This document shows, in pieces, positions 18,758 through 20,000 of a stretch of 20,000 nucleotides of DNA (its first letter is position 1; every line of letters begins with the position of its first letter). Under the pieces are notes generated by a model, which saw only the letters and a list, made by a program, of their open reading frames with translations, was not told the origin of the DNA and did no database searches. The DNA comes from Vezdaea acicularis (lineage: Eukaryota), in assembly GCA_026025075.1 (NCBI GenBank), contig JAPEUI010000040.1:111520-131519 (forward strand), written 5' to 3'. Position numbers and translations under genes: made by a program.

Positions 18758-20000
18758 GCGGCTGGTTTATTTATTTTTCCTGTGCGTCGGTTGTTGGGGG
18801 GGTTCGCGTCGTTGTATATCTCGGCACGGACGGTGTTTCTGCTGCTGATCGAGGGGAATGGGGCGTTGTTCGCTGGGTTGGGGATACACTAAATTTTTGA
18901 ATGGGACGCACGAAGGTTGGTATAGCATAGACACGACGCAGACTTTAACGCTCGCTCTTGGTTCAGTCATTCTGCTACAAACATTTGATATCTACAGATC
19001 CTGCACGTGATCGAGGTCGACTCGGGATTTTGGTCTGTTCACTTGCAAGCTCCCCATCATCGAAAGGTCGTTTCAGAGCCGCGGCTGGCATCACAGAATT
19101 CGAATACTGGCAACATGTCCGCGTTGCGTCAGTTCCCTATTCACCGGCAAAAAAATGCACAAAAAATAGCAAAGCAAATTCCAAGGCCTCTGCCATCAGC
19201 TTTCCGGCTCTCTTTAGAACGCATCAATATTTCCTCCCTTTTCCTCTTACGGGACTTTCCGAGCACGGTCTTCTACCTTCTCTCACGAAGCAGCATTCTC
19301 GCGTACAAGGGCAGTGACGAGGAACATCCAGTCCTGACGGTACGCGTGTAACGAATCGAAGGCCAACGTCAAGCTTGAGACTGGACCCGAGGGGGAGGCA
19401 ATGGAGTGTTTGACCGGAGAGCCGGATGCGCGGATTCCGCTAACGTCTTGCTCGATGAGACCAGGCAGGACGTGGCGTTCTTTGGCATCACCCTTCTTTC
19501 CTATTCGGCGTCTTGAGCCTCACAGGATACGGTCTTGGCAATCACGAGAGCGGCTTCCATATGTGGGCGGAATGGCAGCTGATTGGGGCACGACGGGGGG
19601 GGGCATGAGAGGGGGAGGGGAGCAACCCTACTTTGGCCACGGCCGATTCCCCCTTTCCTCTTTTCATTGCTTGCCCCCTTCTCCTTCTTCTTCCGGAAGT
19701 GTGTTGACGGCAGGCACGACCAGGCTAAGATAGCTATCGGATTGATACGACGAGAACGGCGATCGCTCTTTCCGGAGCCGAAATGATAGAGCCCTCGGTC
19801 CGGGGCTTGGCGCGGCACTGGAGATGAAGATGATACCTTTGGTGCCATGCACAGAGAGCGAGGGCGCATGCGCACGCGCCCCCGGTCGAGCACGCAGCTC
19901 TGATCAGGACCGCCTCTTCGGTCGGCCGAGCACGCCGCGCCCGCGCCGGCCTCGCCGCTAGCTCGAATCGGCCGAGTCGCATCCACGCCCCCCCCTGCAC

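Noticed and set aside
18758..20000. ORFs of 60-161 aa at the right end
   Set aside because: Overlapping in several frames, low complexity and without recognisable domains.

Overview
Gene-dense window from a filamentous ascomycete (Pezizomycotina-type) genome, judged from short ~50-nt GT-AG introns with CTAAC-like branch points. I reconstructed eight protein-coding genes by hand, and every spliced model stays in frame: a CCDC174/DUF4078-like protein (-), homoserine dehydrogenase HOM6 (+, 5 exons), an HSL-family alpha/beta hydrolase (+, 3 exons), HMG-CoA synthase ERG13 (-, 3 exons), an uncharacterised type II membrane protein (+, 2 exons), an SLC35F6-like DMT/nucleotide-sugar transporter (-, 3 exons), seipin (+, 3 exons) and a ~983-aa disordered/coiled-coil protein with C-terminal membrane segments (+, 2 exons). 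I see no supportable tRNA, rRNA, transposon or CRISPR array. Most of the window is housekeeping, with a lipid/sterol theme. The best candidate for something undescribed is the 752-aa type II membrane protein: it has a cytosolic LPPY motif and HPYxxY repeats, a Cys-containing luminal domain with four KR (Kex2-type) sites, the last preceding a 13-aa CxC peptide, and an overlapping signal-peptide-like uORF. The ERG13 introns (one hairpin-containing, one in-frame and stop-free) and an SREBP-type site upstream of ERG13 are also notable. No database search was possible, so family assignments rest on recognised motifs and all functional hypotheses are inference.
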